Shown here in pieces: positions 1-9,834 of a stretch of 64,000 nucleotides of DNA. Position 1 is the first letter of the stretch, and every line of letters begins with the position of its first letter. The position numbers and the translations under genes were made by a program. The stretch is from Octopus vulgaris (lineage: Eukaryota). The stretch is from assembly GCA_951406725.2 (NCBI GenBank), contig OX597814.1, positions 93,930,001 to 93,994,000 on the forward strand, given 5' to 3'. Below the pieces are notes generated by a model, which had not been told where the DNA came from, made no database searches, and worked only from the letters and a program-made list of their open reading frames with translations.

Positions 1-591
1 ATATCGAGGAAGGGGAGTTGTTGTTGGCTATATTCCATCGTGAATTGGATGTTTACGTCCAGTCCGTTTAAAATTTTCTGGAATTCTATGAGTTTTTCTA
101 TATTTTTATGCCAAAGGATGAAACAGTCATCTAGATATCTCTTCCAGTTGTTTTCTATGTAGATGGAGAAAGGGCTGCCATATCTTTCTAGAACCTTACG
201 ATACAGACTGATCTCTAGGTATCCTATGACTAGGTTGGCAAAGGAGGGGGCCATTCGTGTACCCATCGCAGTCCCCGATTTTTGTCGGTAGAAGTTGTCA
301 TTGAAGGCGAAGAAGTTATTTTCCAGGATGAATTTAACCCCTTCTATCACAAATTCTTTTTTGATGCGGTGTGGTAGTTCGTTGGCGTGATTCTCTAGCC
401 AGAATTGGATTACCTCTAGTCCTAGGTTGTGGGGGATATTGGAGTAGAGGTTGACTACATCGAAGGATACCAGTATGGTGTTTTTGTTTATAGTATTCGG
501 TAGGTGATTGAGCATATCTAAGTCGTCCCTTATATAGCTTTTGACATGTTTGAGGAGTGGTTTTAACAGGGTGTCTAAAAAGTTTTTTCAT
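1..591 (-). mobile_element. Penelope-like element reverse transcriptase fragment (frameshifted, runs off window start)
   Basis: Minus-strand translation of ~200-335 gives FILENNFFAFNDNFYRQKSGTAMGTRMAPSFANLVIGYLE, the Penelope RT GxAMG motif; a frameshifted RYLDDCF-like motif follows near 120-140. Confidence 0.8.
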
Positions 592-691
592 ATATATATA
601 TATATATATATAAATATATTATAAATCATATACTATATTATATATACATCATATATTGTATTATATATATATACATATTGTAAGTTTTTTT

Positions 692-929
692 ATGGAAAAC
701 TAGCTGTCATTCATCCATAACAGCGTCCCTTCTCCAAGCGAACAATGCTGTCCATGGGAAAGGCAAAGGCGGATACATCTTTGCACCAGTAACGTCGCAA
801 CCCATTTCTACACTTGAGTGAAATAAAGTGTCTGGTGAGGAACACAACACTCAGCGCTCTCCGAGAATCGAATTCACAACCTCACGATCGTAAACTCGAT
901 GTTCTAAGCACTGAGGCATGCGCCTTCAC
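692..929 (-). mobile_element. tRNA-derived SINE, family A (partial)
   Basis: Same body as 1623-1959 (ggaaaggcaaaggc..gtgaaataaagtgt..aacacaac..gaatcgaa..ctaa.cactgag.catgcgccttcac). Confidence 0.65.
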
Positions 930-1419
930 TATATATATATATATATATAATACAAGGAAACAAGCTCTTATAGGAATGGAAACATCCAGCTGGTTAACTT
1001 GTTTAATGCCCAGTGTAGTTTCTAAAATACAAATGGGTATATATACAATATACAATAATAAAAGTAAATTCGAGAGTTAAATTGATGAATTAAATCCATT
1101 CATTGAAGCCAGTACCGTATTCTAATTCAATATCGGTGGAATGAACCAAGTAATAGAATTAAGGAAAAATAATAAATAAATAAACTATTTATTGCGCTGA
1201 CTCTTTTGTTTTTGTGGAGGTTTCCTACGCACTTACTCAATAATTGCATTTTTTGTATATTATCTTTTTGTGGTACTTGGCTTGTTTATTATTATATTAA
1301 CTTTCGCTTACATTTCTATTGACAAAAACATTTTAACAACACAATAAATTTCACATGATGAAATCGAAACAAAGCCCATTGATATTAGAAACTGCTTATA
1401 ATAATAATTATAATAATAA

Positions 1420-1602
1420 TCCTTTCTGCTATAGGTACAAGGCCTGAAATTTTGGGGAGGGGACTAGCAGGTTACATCGACCCAAGTTCTCATCTCGAAA
1501 GGATAAAAAGTAAAGTCGACCTCGGCGGAATTTGAACTCACAACGTAGCGACGGGCAAAAAACCGCTACGCATTTCGTCCAGCGTGCTCACAATTCTGAC
1601 AT
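1420..1602 (-). mobile_element. tRNA-derived SINE, family B
   Basis: aaagtcgacctcggcggaatttgaactca..cgta..cgacg..gcatttcgtcc..cgtgct is the reverse complement of the copies at 37871-38870; TAA tail adjacent. Confidence 0.75.
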
Positions 1603-1622
1603 CTCTTAAATATAATATAAAG

Positions 1623-1959
1623 ACCCCCTTTGATCATGAATGTCCATGGGATTACACATAGAAATTTCCCCTCCGAGGCACAAGTCCGAGCAAGACTGTT
1701 TGTTTGTGGAAGATCAGCAGTCACACATGCATATCAGTCTCCCCACTCCATGCTACCGATGTTGTCCAAAGGAAAAGCAAAAGCCGATATAGCTTGTCGC
1801 CAGTGACGTCACAACTGATTTCTACAGCTGAGTGAACTTAGGCAACGTGAAATAAAGTGTTTTGCTCCAGAAACCAACACGGAGCCCGGTCCAGGAATCG
1901 AGCTAACTACTTCGTCATTGTGAGCCCGACGCTCAAACCACTGAACCATATACATTCAC
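1623..1959 (-). mobile_element. tRNA-derived SINE, family A
   Basis: tRNA-like head on minus strand (ccaggaatcgag...ctcaaaccactgaaccat); related segments at 692-929 and 30950-31060. Confidence 0.7.
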
Positions 1960-1965
1960 AATAAT

Positions 1966-1998
<33 letters not shown>

Positions 1999-2029
1999 AA
2001 TAATAATAATAATAATAATAATATATTCA

Positions 2030-2272
2030 CAGATATGACAGTTGGGACATGCAACTACAGACAAATACATAACAAAAGCCCCAGGACTAACAAATATATA
2101 TAACATACAGAAAATAGGACTACTAAATACTACACACATCCTACGTAAAACACTTTCAATACAATAACTATAAAAGCATGACAACAGACCACAGCACATA
2201 CCCAAGGCACACAGGACTGTGCTCGGTAGTACAGTGAAAGGACGTTATAAAAATAAGACTACTGAATAATGA
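2030..2272 (+). mobile_element. 3' end of an R4/Dong-like LINE
   Basis: Matches 49305-49510 (caggactaacaaatatatataacatacagaaaatag..cacacatcctacg.aaaa.actttcaata..cacagcacatacccaaggca); flanked by TAA/CAA repeats. Confidence 0.7.
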
Positions 2273-2289
2273 TAATAAAAAAAGATAGT

Positions 2290-3960
2290 TCAGGCAAAAC
2301 AAATTGTTTAAAGCAAATCAGAAGAAACTGTTTCAAGAACTAGATGGGCAAATACACGTGACAATGATACTAGATGCAGAGAAAGCAAGGCATTCTGGAG
2401 ATTTATCTGGAGCCAATCTGTAGAGCATAATGATGAAGCGGAGTGGTTGCATGAAATCCAAGATACGTTAAAAACTAGAGAAGTCCAAGAAGACATAAAT
2501 GTAACCACAAATTTGATAAAATAGCAGTTAAGAAAATTTCCAAATTGGAAGAACCCTGGATCGGATGGAGTCCAAAGTTATCGGATGAAGAAGCTAAGAG
2601 GGCTCCATGAAAGGATAGCACAAAAGCTAGAGGAGTGCTTGCAGGAAGATGCAGTACCAAGCTGCATGACAAAGGCAAAGACATTCTTATGTGCCGAGGA
2701 TCCTGAAAAGGGAAATGTTGCATCCAAATTTATATCAGGTGCTTAGGCTGGTGAACTGTATAAATACTTGGAAAAAGTGGGTTACTGCCCATTGAACAGA
2801 AAATATGCCGAAAAAGGAGCCGGGGGACGAAGGATCTAATTATCAGGAACTGCAAGGAAAGACATACAAACCTGAGCATGGCATGGGTTCACTATCGCAA
2901 AGCATACAATATGATACCATACTCCTGGATAATAAGAACAATGGAAATGTATGGAATAGCAGAGAATATGAGAAGCTTTATATGGAATAGCGTGAAATAC
3001 TGGAGAACGAAATTTACAGCAGAGAAGCAAGTACTAGAAGAGGTGAAAATCAAAAGAGGAATCTTCCAGGAAGACAGTGTGTACCCATTGATATTCATGC
3101 TGGGAATGATCCCCTTGAGTGAAATTCTACAGAAAAGGTAAGAGAACACTAAACCATTTGTTATTCTTGGATTACCTGAAGCGATTAAAAAAAACTGAGG
3201 CAGAACTGGAAAGTTTAGCCCAGTCTAAGAATTTTCTCCAATGATATTAAGATGGAGTTCGGATTCTCAAAATGTGCTACGGTGGGGATGAGACGAAGAA
3301 AGATTGCCAGGACAGAAGGCATATGGTTGCCAGGTGGTGAAATGATGAAGGCAATTCAACCTCAGTCCAGCTATAAATACCTGGGAATACTTGAGGCAGT
3401 TAGAATCAAAGAACACGACATAAAGGATAAGACAACAAGAGAGTACCTCCAGCGAGTGAGAAAAATATTGGCTTCAAAGCTGAATGCCAGAAACATAATC
3501 TCGGCAATGAACTCGTGCGCAGTCGCAGTAGTTCATTATGGCACTGGAATCTTGAATTGGACCGAGGAGAGGCTAAAGGAAATGGACAGGAAGTCAAGAA
3601 AGCTCCTAACGATGTATGGAGCCTATCATCCACGTGCAGACACTGATTGCCTATACATGTAGAGAGAAAATGGCGGAAAGGGACTAACAAGTGTGGAAGA
3701 ATGCGTGCGTATCGAACTTGAGAGATTAATGAGATACCTAGCTCAAAATAAAGAAACCTTGTTAGCGACAGATAGGAACGAGGGAGTAATTGAGAGCAGA
3801 GAAAAATGGAAAACAAAGGAAGAAGTACAAAATGGACCTGAAGATGAATTACGCAAGAAGGGACAACACTATCAATTCCAAGTAACCTCAACAGATGTTG
3901 CTTGAAATAATAGTGGGATTGACTGATAAAAGGACTATACTTGCAGCGCAGGATCAGAAA
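2290..3960 (+). mobile_element. Degenerate R4/Dong-like non-LTR retrotransposon RT region
   Basis: ORF pieces with [76 protein letters not shown]; many stops and frameshifts. Confidence 0.85.
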
Positions 3961-4438
3961 ATTAAGGAGCAGGAGCAGAAAATTAATGTGACTTTTCCAT
4001 TTATAAGAAATATCTATTCTAAGATGTGTAATTAAACAGTTGTGTAATATATTTGTTAAACAATAAAAAGTACTATTTGGTTTGTATTAGTTTCTTATTT
4101 CAGTATTGCATTTAATGACAAAATTGATATTTTTGGTAAAAAAAAAAAAAAGAATTCATGTTTAACAAAAAAATAGAAACTTTATAAGGGCATTTCTGAA
4201 CCCAGCCCCATCAATTTAGGTATGATTAATTGTAAGAAGCAGGACAACAATTTTATTTTCAAAAATGTTACCCAGTGTTATAAATCTACGTCAACGAGAA
4301 CATATATAATTGTATAATTATTTGTACTTTACACATACGCACACACACACACATACACACACGCACATGCAGATTCATATGTGTGTATACATGTATGTGT
4401 GTATTTCATATATATATATATATAAATATATATATATG

Positions 4439-4498
<60 letters not shown>

Positions 4499-4733
4499 TT
4501 ATAATAAGGGGCTAAAGAAGATATTTCTGAAGCCAATATACTGGTTATCCACTTATAATCCACTTGCTACAGGAAGAATTAAACTGAAAATCGGGCAACT
4601 AACCTTTAGAAAATTTAAATTTCTACGAGAGATTTAGAAATTCAATATTTCTTATTTTGATAATCAGTGAATAAACTTCACTGAATATAAATATATACAA
4701 TTACGAAGTCGAGGCAAATATCACCAGCCGACC

Positions 4734-6451
4734 TATTTTTTGGGGGGAGTCGTTATTCTGGTGTGTTGGTTTCGAGTGCGTCATTGTGAAGAGGTTGTGA
4801 GTTCGAGTTCGTTGCTGGAGGACGTGGTGAATTTTTTATTTACAGATTTTTGAAAATGCAAGACCAGACTTATGCGAGAGCAGCAGGCAGAGGCCTGGTT
4901 GCCAGTGAACTAGAAATGGAAGAAGTGGTAGTCGAGAAGAAGACTTTAGAAAAATATTTCGACAGTTTGAAGAGGGAGGGTGACTGCGTGAGAGTCACAC
5001 CGTCCGAAGAAGAAGAAAACAACGCGGAGAAACGTATGATAACATACAGGACATGGTGTGTGGCGACAAGAAAAATAGAAGTAGCAGAGACGGAAGAAAT
5101 AGAGAAATGTCTGAAAGGAATTGAGGGAGAACCCACCTTTTTCAACAGAGGAAGGAAATATGCCACAATGGTGGTACATTTTAAAAATGAAAATGAAGCA
5201 AGAAAGAATGCAACAAGAATTTTGAAAACGGAAAGTTGGACTTTATTACCGAGTTACTGTGGAAAGAGGGCAGTCAGAATAAGAATTAGTAGAATTTCGC
5301 CCGAACTTAACATGGAGAGGATATTAGCGGCAGTAGTTTTCAACTGCAAGGAAAGTGTGGAGGTGTTGAAGGTGGAGGTGTTGAAGGTGGAGAAGTCAAC
5401 AGAAGTTAAATGGTGGGGATATGCGGTGCAGTTTCTGGCACATATAACCGTGCCAGACCTGTACAACATCCCGGAGGAGTTGGTCTTCCCTGATGAGACA
5501 CGGCTTAGAGTCGTGGTAGAGGGAAGACCCCCAGTCTGTTATAATTGTAAATTAAGAGGCCACAGGAAGGATGTGTGCCCGCTGGAGAAAACGATAGCAC
5601 CGGAGGTTGTAACGAAGGAGTGTAAAGATACGTGTGTGGAGGAGGGAGAAGTGCAGGAGGAAACGAAAGCAGTGGAGGCGCAAACGGAGGAGCAGCTAAT
5701 TGAGGATGTGGAAGAAGAACGTGCAAGTGCAGAGGAGGAAAGAACAGAAGATAGGAAGAGAACAAGGGTGGAATCACCACCGAAAGTTCTAAAAAATAAA
5801 AAAATAAAAAGCAAGATAACAGAAGAAAAAGAAGAGAGAACGTGCAAAGAAACGGGAGTAAAAGAGAAGGCGAGAGAGCAGACAATGACAGAGGCTGACC
5901 AAGAATGGGAGACAAAAGTGAAAGAGCAGTTGGAAGCTTGTAAAAAGGGAAGAAGACCTGCAGGAAAAAACCTGAAAGCATTCGTGATGTATATCAAAGA
6001 CACAGAAGTAGAAAAAAGACTTGCAGGTAAGAAAGGATTGGTCAGGGTAAAGTTGCACCCAAAACTGTATGGTGACACTGTGAAAGGGGTAGTTATAGAA
6101 AAAGAGACATTCACAAAATTGAAGAAGATATTTAATGCTGTTTATGTAGCGCAATATGTACGATATGACAATTTGCCAAATGTAATAGACCAGATGGAAT
6201 TGATAAAGTATATGGCGGACGAACGTCCAATATAAAAGAACTGGAATATATGTAATGTTAAAATGTAAAATTGTAAATTGTAAAATTGTAAAATGTAAAA
6301 TTGTATTTTAAACGGAACTGCGAGTTGGGGGTTCTAACTCATTACACATAATTCATCTTTATTTCATATTTTATTTTTACTTTATGTACCCCACGTCCCG
6401 TCTTGTAATGTCCCGTCTGCATTCGGGCCATCGTGCCCATAATAAAGATAT
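4734..6451 (+). mobile_element. ORF1-only (HAL1-like, Tx1/L1-related) retroelement, copy 1
   Basis: 5' tattttttggggggagtcgttattc, single long ORF, 3' UTR ending aataaagatat; flanked by aatatcaccagccgacc (4717-4733) and aatatcaccaaccgacc (6452-6468). Confidence 0.75.
4856..6235 (+). CDS. Tx1/L1 ORF1-like nucleic-acid-binding protein with CCHC zinc knuckle (~459 aa, intact)
   Basis: ATG at 4856 (MQDQTYARAA); RRM-like segment (YATMVVHFKNENEA..VRIRISRISPEL); EGRPPVCYNCKLRGHRKDVC = CX2CX4HX4C; Glu/Lys-rich linker; basic C-terminal domain. Confidence 0.8.
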   Translation: MQDQTYARAAGRGLVASELEMEEVVVEKKTLEKYFDSLKREGDCVRVTPSEEEENNAEKRMITYRTWCVATRKIEVAETEEIEKCLKGIEGEPTFFNRGRKYATMVVHFKNENEARKNATRILKTESWTLLPSYCGKRAVRIRISRISPELNMERILAAVVFNCKESVEVLKVEVLKVEKSTEVKWWGYAVQFLAHITVPDLYNIPEELVFPDETRLRVVVEGRPPVCYNCKLRGHRKDVCPLEKTIAPEVVTKECKDTCVEEGEVQEETKAVEAQTEEQLIEDVEEERASAEEERTEDRKRTRVESPPKVLKNKKIKSKITEEKEERTCKETGVKEKAREQTMTEADQEWETKVKEQLEACKKGRRPAGKNLKAFVMYIKDTEVEKRLAGKKGLVRVKLHPKLYGDTVKGVVIEKETFTKLKKIFNAVYVAQYVRYDNLPNVIDQMELIKYMADERPI

Positions 6452-6468
6452 AATATCACCAACCGACC

Positions 6469-8182
6469 TATTTTTGGGGGGGAGTCGTTATTCTGGTGTG
6501 TTTGTTTTGAGTGCGTCATTGTGAAGAGGTTGTGAGTTCGAGTTCGTTGCTGGAGGACGTGGTGAATTTTATTTGGAGATTTTGAAAATGCAAGACCAGA
6601 CGTATGCGAGAGCAGCAGGCAGAGGCCTGGTTGCCAGTGAACTAGAAATGGAAGAAGTGGTAGTCGAGAAGAAGACTTTAGAAAAATATTTCGACAGTTT
6701 GAAGAGGGAGGGTGACTGCGTGAGAGTCACACCGTCCGAAGAAGAAGAAAACAACGCGGAGAAACGTATGATAACATACAGGACATGGTGTGTGGCGTCA
6801 AGAAAAATAGAAGTAGCAGAGACGGAAGAAATAGAGAAATGTCTGCAAGGAATTGAGGGTGAACCTACCTTTTTCAACAGAGGAAGGAAATATGCCACAG
6901 TGGTGGTACACTTTAAAAATGAAAATGAAGCAAGAAAGAATGCGACAAAAATTCTAAAATCTGAAAGTTGGACTTTATTACCGAGTTACTGCGGAAAGAG
7001 GGCAGTCAGAATAAGAATTAGTAGGATTTCGCCCGAACTTAACATGGAGAGGATATTAGCGGCAGTAGTTTTCAACTGCAAGGAAAGTGTGGAGGTGGTG
7101 AAGGTGGAAAAGTCAACAGAAGTTAAGTGGTGGGGATATGCGGTACAGGTTCTGGCACATATAACCGTGCCAGACCTGTACAACATCCCGGAGGAGTTGG
7201 TCTTCCCTGATGAGACACGGCTTAGAGTCGTGGTAGAGGGAAGACCCCCAGTCTGTTATAATTGTAAATTAAGAGGCCACATGAAGGATGTGTGCCCGCT
7301 GGAGAAAACGATAGCACCGGAGGCTGTAACGAAGGAGTGTAAAGATACGTGTGTGGAGGAGGGAGAAGTGCAGGAGGAAACGAAAGCAGTGGAGGCGCAA
7401 ACGGAGGAGCAGCTAATTGAGGATGTGGAAGAAGAACGTGCAAGTGCAGAGGATGAAAGAACAGAAGATAGGAAGAGAACAAGGGTGGAATCACCACCGA
7501 AAGTTCTAAAAAATAAAAAAATCAAAAGCAAGATAACAGAAGAAAAAGAAGAGAGAACGTGCAAAGAAAAGGACGAACAGACAAAGACAGAGGTAAACCT
7601 AGAATGGAGAAAAAACGTGAGAGAACAGTTGGATGCTTGTAAAAAGGGAAAAAGACCGGTAGGAAAATACCTGAAAGTATTCGTGTTGTACGTCAAAAAC
7701 ACAGATGTGGAAAAAAGACTTGCAGGTAGGAAAGGATTAATTAAGGTTAAATTACACCCAAAACTGCATGATGACGATGTGAAAGGGGTAGTTGTAGATA
7801 AGAGGAACATTTACTAAATTGAAAAGTATGTTTGATGAGGTTTATTTAACGTATTATGTATGTTATGACAATTTGCCAAATGTGATAGACCAGATGGAAT
7901 TAACAAAGTACATTACGGACGAACGTCCAATAGAACTGGAATATATGTAATTGTAAAATTGTAAAATGTAAAATTGTATTTTGAACTGGAATATATGAAA
8001 TTGTAAAATGTAAAATTGTATTTTAAACGGAACTGCGAGTTGGGGGCTCGTAAGCCGTTCCATCTAACTCATTACACAGAATTCATCTTTATTTCATATT
8101 TTATTTTTTACTTTATGTACCCCATGTCCCGTCTTGTAATGTCCCCTCTGCATTCGGGCCATCGTGCCCATAATAAAGATAT
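6469..8182 (+). mobile_element. ORF1-only retroelement, copy 2
   Basis: Same termini as copy 1; followed by aatatcaccagctgacc (8183-8199). Confidence 0.75.
6588..7950 (+). pseudogene. ORF1-like CCHC protein, copy 2, with +1 frameshift near 7805
   Basis: Open from ATG 6588 to stop 7817; the homologous tail (TFTKLKSMFDEVYLTYYVCYDNLPNVIDQMELTKYITDERPIELEYM) continues in another frame to TAA at 7948-7950. Confidence 0.75.
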
Positions 8183-8211
8183 AATATCACCAGCTGACCG
8201 GTTTCTGCTAC

Positions 8212-8257
8212 TCTAGGCCGATGAAGGACAACGATCCTGAAACACGGTGTCCCTAGA
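8212..8257 (+). ncRNA. Minimal type I hammerhead ribozyme motif (CCGAUGA core variant)
   Basis: tctagg CCGATGA agga-caacga-tcct GAA acac-g-gtgt C cctaga: stems I and II pair, stem III is palindromic, GUC cleavage triplet at 8249-8251. Confidence 0.8.
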
Positions 8258-8574
8258 TGCAGTTCCGGCAGCCGGGGGTGTTTGTCTCCCCTTCGTATAT
8301 GTATATAAGGACACAGGAAAAAATGTGTCAAAGCTATCAGGAGGCGTCGATGCCTCCTAGGGCTATACAGCGGTGGTGTACCCCCTACTGTCACGTTCTT
8401 GTTAGATTGACAGTATACAACCATTCTATCGCCCCACCACCGTACATGTCTCTACGAGAGATTTAGAAATTCAATATTTCTTATTTTGATAATTAGTGAA
8501 TAAACTTCACTGAATATAAATATATACAATTACGAAGTCGAGGCAAATATCACCAGCTGACCGGTGTCTGCTAC

Positions 8575-8620
8575 TCTAGGCCGATGAAGGACAACGATCC
8601 TGAAACACGGTGTCCCTAGA
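8575..8620 (+). ncRNA. Minimal type I hammerhead ribozyme motif, second tandem copy
   Basis: Identical to 8212-8257, 363 bp downstream. Confidence 0.8.
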
Positions 8621-8804
8621 TGCAGTTTCGGCAGCCGGGGGTGTTTGTCTCCCCTTCGTATATGTATATAAGGACACAGGGAAAAAATGTGTCAAAGCTA
8701 TCAGGAGGTGTTCGATGCCTCCTAGGGCTATACAGCGGTGGTGTACCCCCTACTGTCACGTTCTTGTTAGATTGACAGTATACAACCAATTTTAATTTCG
8801 TTAT

Positions 8805-8864
8805 CTCTATATTGAATCAATTTCGGAATAAATCCTATAAAGGATACATTCTTCGTCAGTAGAG
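8805..8864 (-). ncRNA. Minimal type I hammerhead motif of the host repeat
   Basis: Minus strand: ctcta CTGACGA agaat..atccttta/taggat..attcc GAA attga-t-tcaat A tagag. Confidence 0.75.
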
Positions 8865-9321
8865 CTTACGAGGGAATATAAATAAAATACTTACATGCGT
8901 TTATGGAAAAAGCAGAAGCTAAAAACATAACTACATTTAAGTACATCATTTATATCTAAAAATAAAAATTCCTTGGTCAGTCTCAGAAACAACCTGTTGA
9001 CTTTAGCCCTTTATTATAAGATGTTCATATTTCAACCGTAAAGTTTTTTTAATATACTGCCACACTTCCTGATGGAATTCTTTTCTGTACAGAAAGGGGC
9101 TTCATCCTATATTTGTTAGTAGTAAATCCATTACTGCTAGCTTACAGGGGAGTGGTAACCATTACAATATGTAGCGGCGAAAAGTCAACAGGTTGTTCTC
9201 AGACTGACCAAGGAATTTTTTTATTTTTAGATATAAATGATGTACTTAAATGTAGTTATGTTTTTAGCTTCTGCTTTTTCCATAAACGCATGTGAGTATT
9301 TTATTTATATTTCCTCGTAAG

Positions 9322-9381
9322 CTCTACTGACGAAGAATGTATCCTTTATAGGATTAATTCCAAAATTGATTCAATATAGAG
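9322..9381 (+). ncRNA. Hammerhead motif of the host repeat, probably inactive (GAAA reads AAAA)
   Basis: ctcta CTGACGA ... attcc AAAA ttgattcaat A tagag; inverted copy of 8805-8864. Confidence 0.6.
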
Positions 9382-9610
9382 ATAACGAAATTTAAATTTT
9401 CTAAAGGTTAGTTGCCCGATTTTCAGTTCAATTTTCCCTGTAACAGTGGATTATAAGTGGATAACCAGTATATTGGCTTCTGAAATAGCTTCTCTAGCCC
9501 TTTATTATAAGATGTTCATATTTCAACCGTAAAGGTTTTTTTAATATACTGCCACGCTTCCTGATGGAATTCTTTTCTGTAGAGAAAGGGGCATCATCCT
9601 ATATTTGTTA

Positions 9611-9654
<44 letters not shown>

Positions 9655-9747
9655 GTAAATGTATGTAATATATATATGTATCTATATATAAATATATATA
9701 TAATATAAATATGTATGTATGTATATGTGTATACACACACAGACACA

Positions 9748-9834
<87 letters not shown>

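Larger units (their letters stand above)
4624..8787 (+). mobile_element. Retrozyme-like tandem hammerhead unit (~363-bp monomer, ~1.9 copies), first monomer interrupted by two ORF elements
   Basis: 4624-4733 recurs at ~8454-8562; 8200-8422 recurs at 8563-8787; bounded by a 12-bp TSD, aatttaaatttc (4612-4623) and aattttaatttc (8788-8799). Confidence 0.8.
4494..9613. mobile_element. Host hammerhead-bearing Penelope-type repeat: inverted arm (4494-4623 + 8788-9004, split by an insertion) and direct partial tandem (9004-9613, ~491-bp period)
   Basis: 4494-4623 joined to 8800-9004 is the reverse complement of ~9181-9515; 9004-9121 recurs at 9495-9613; hammerhead motifs at 8805-8864 (-) and 9322-9381 (+). 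Confidence 0.8.

Noticed and set aside
4310-4637. YIYI/THTH/CVCV-type ORFs here and throughout the track, plus poly-L/T/S/N ORFs (e.g. 47417-47871)
   Set aside because: Translations of microsatellites, with no coding signal.
5485-5526. ttccCTGATGAgac..gtc..gggaa inside the ORF1-like CDS (also ~7203-7243) resembles a hammerhead
   Set aside because: No GAAA strand, stem III or NUH follows stem II; it is explained by codons for FPDETRLRVVVEG.
4870-7810. Antisense ORFs overlapping the ORF1-like genes
   Set aside because: Shadow frames of a purine-rich sense CDS.
8191-8212. Minus-strand GAAACCGGTC overlapping the ORF element target site, like the 3' half of an antisense hammerhead
   Set aside because: No matching CUGANGA strand or stem I partner found, and the second monomer reads ggtgtc instead of ggtttc.
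4717-8562. Four short direct repeats separated by longer segments, superficially CRISPR- or cassette-like
   Set aside because: Eukaryotic context, kilobase-scale homologous spacers and no cas or integrase genes; better explained as target-site duplications plus an empty site.
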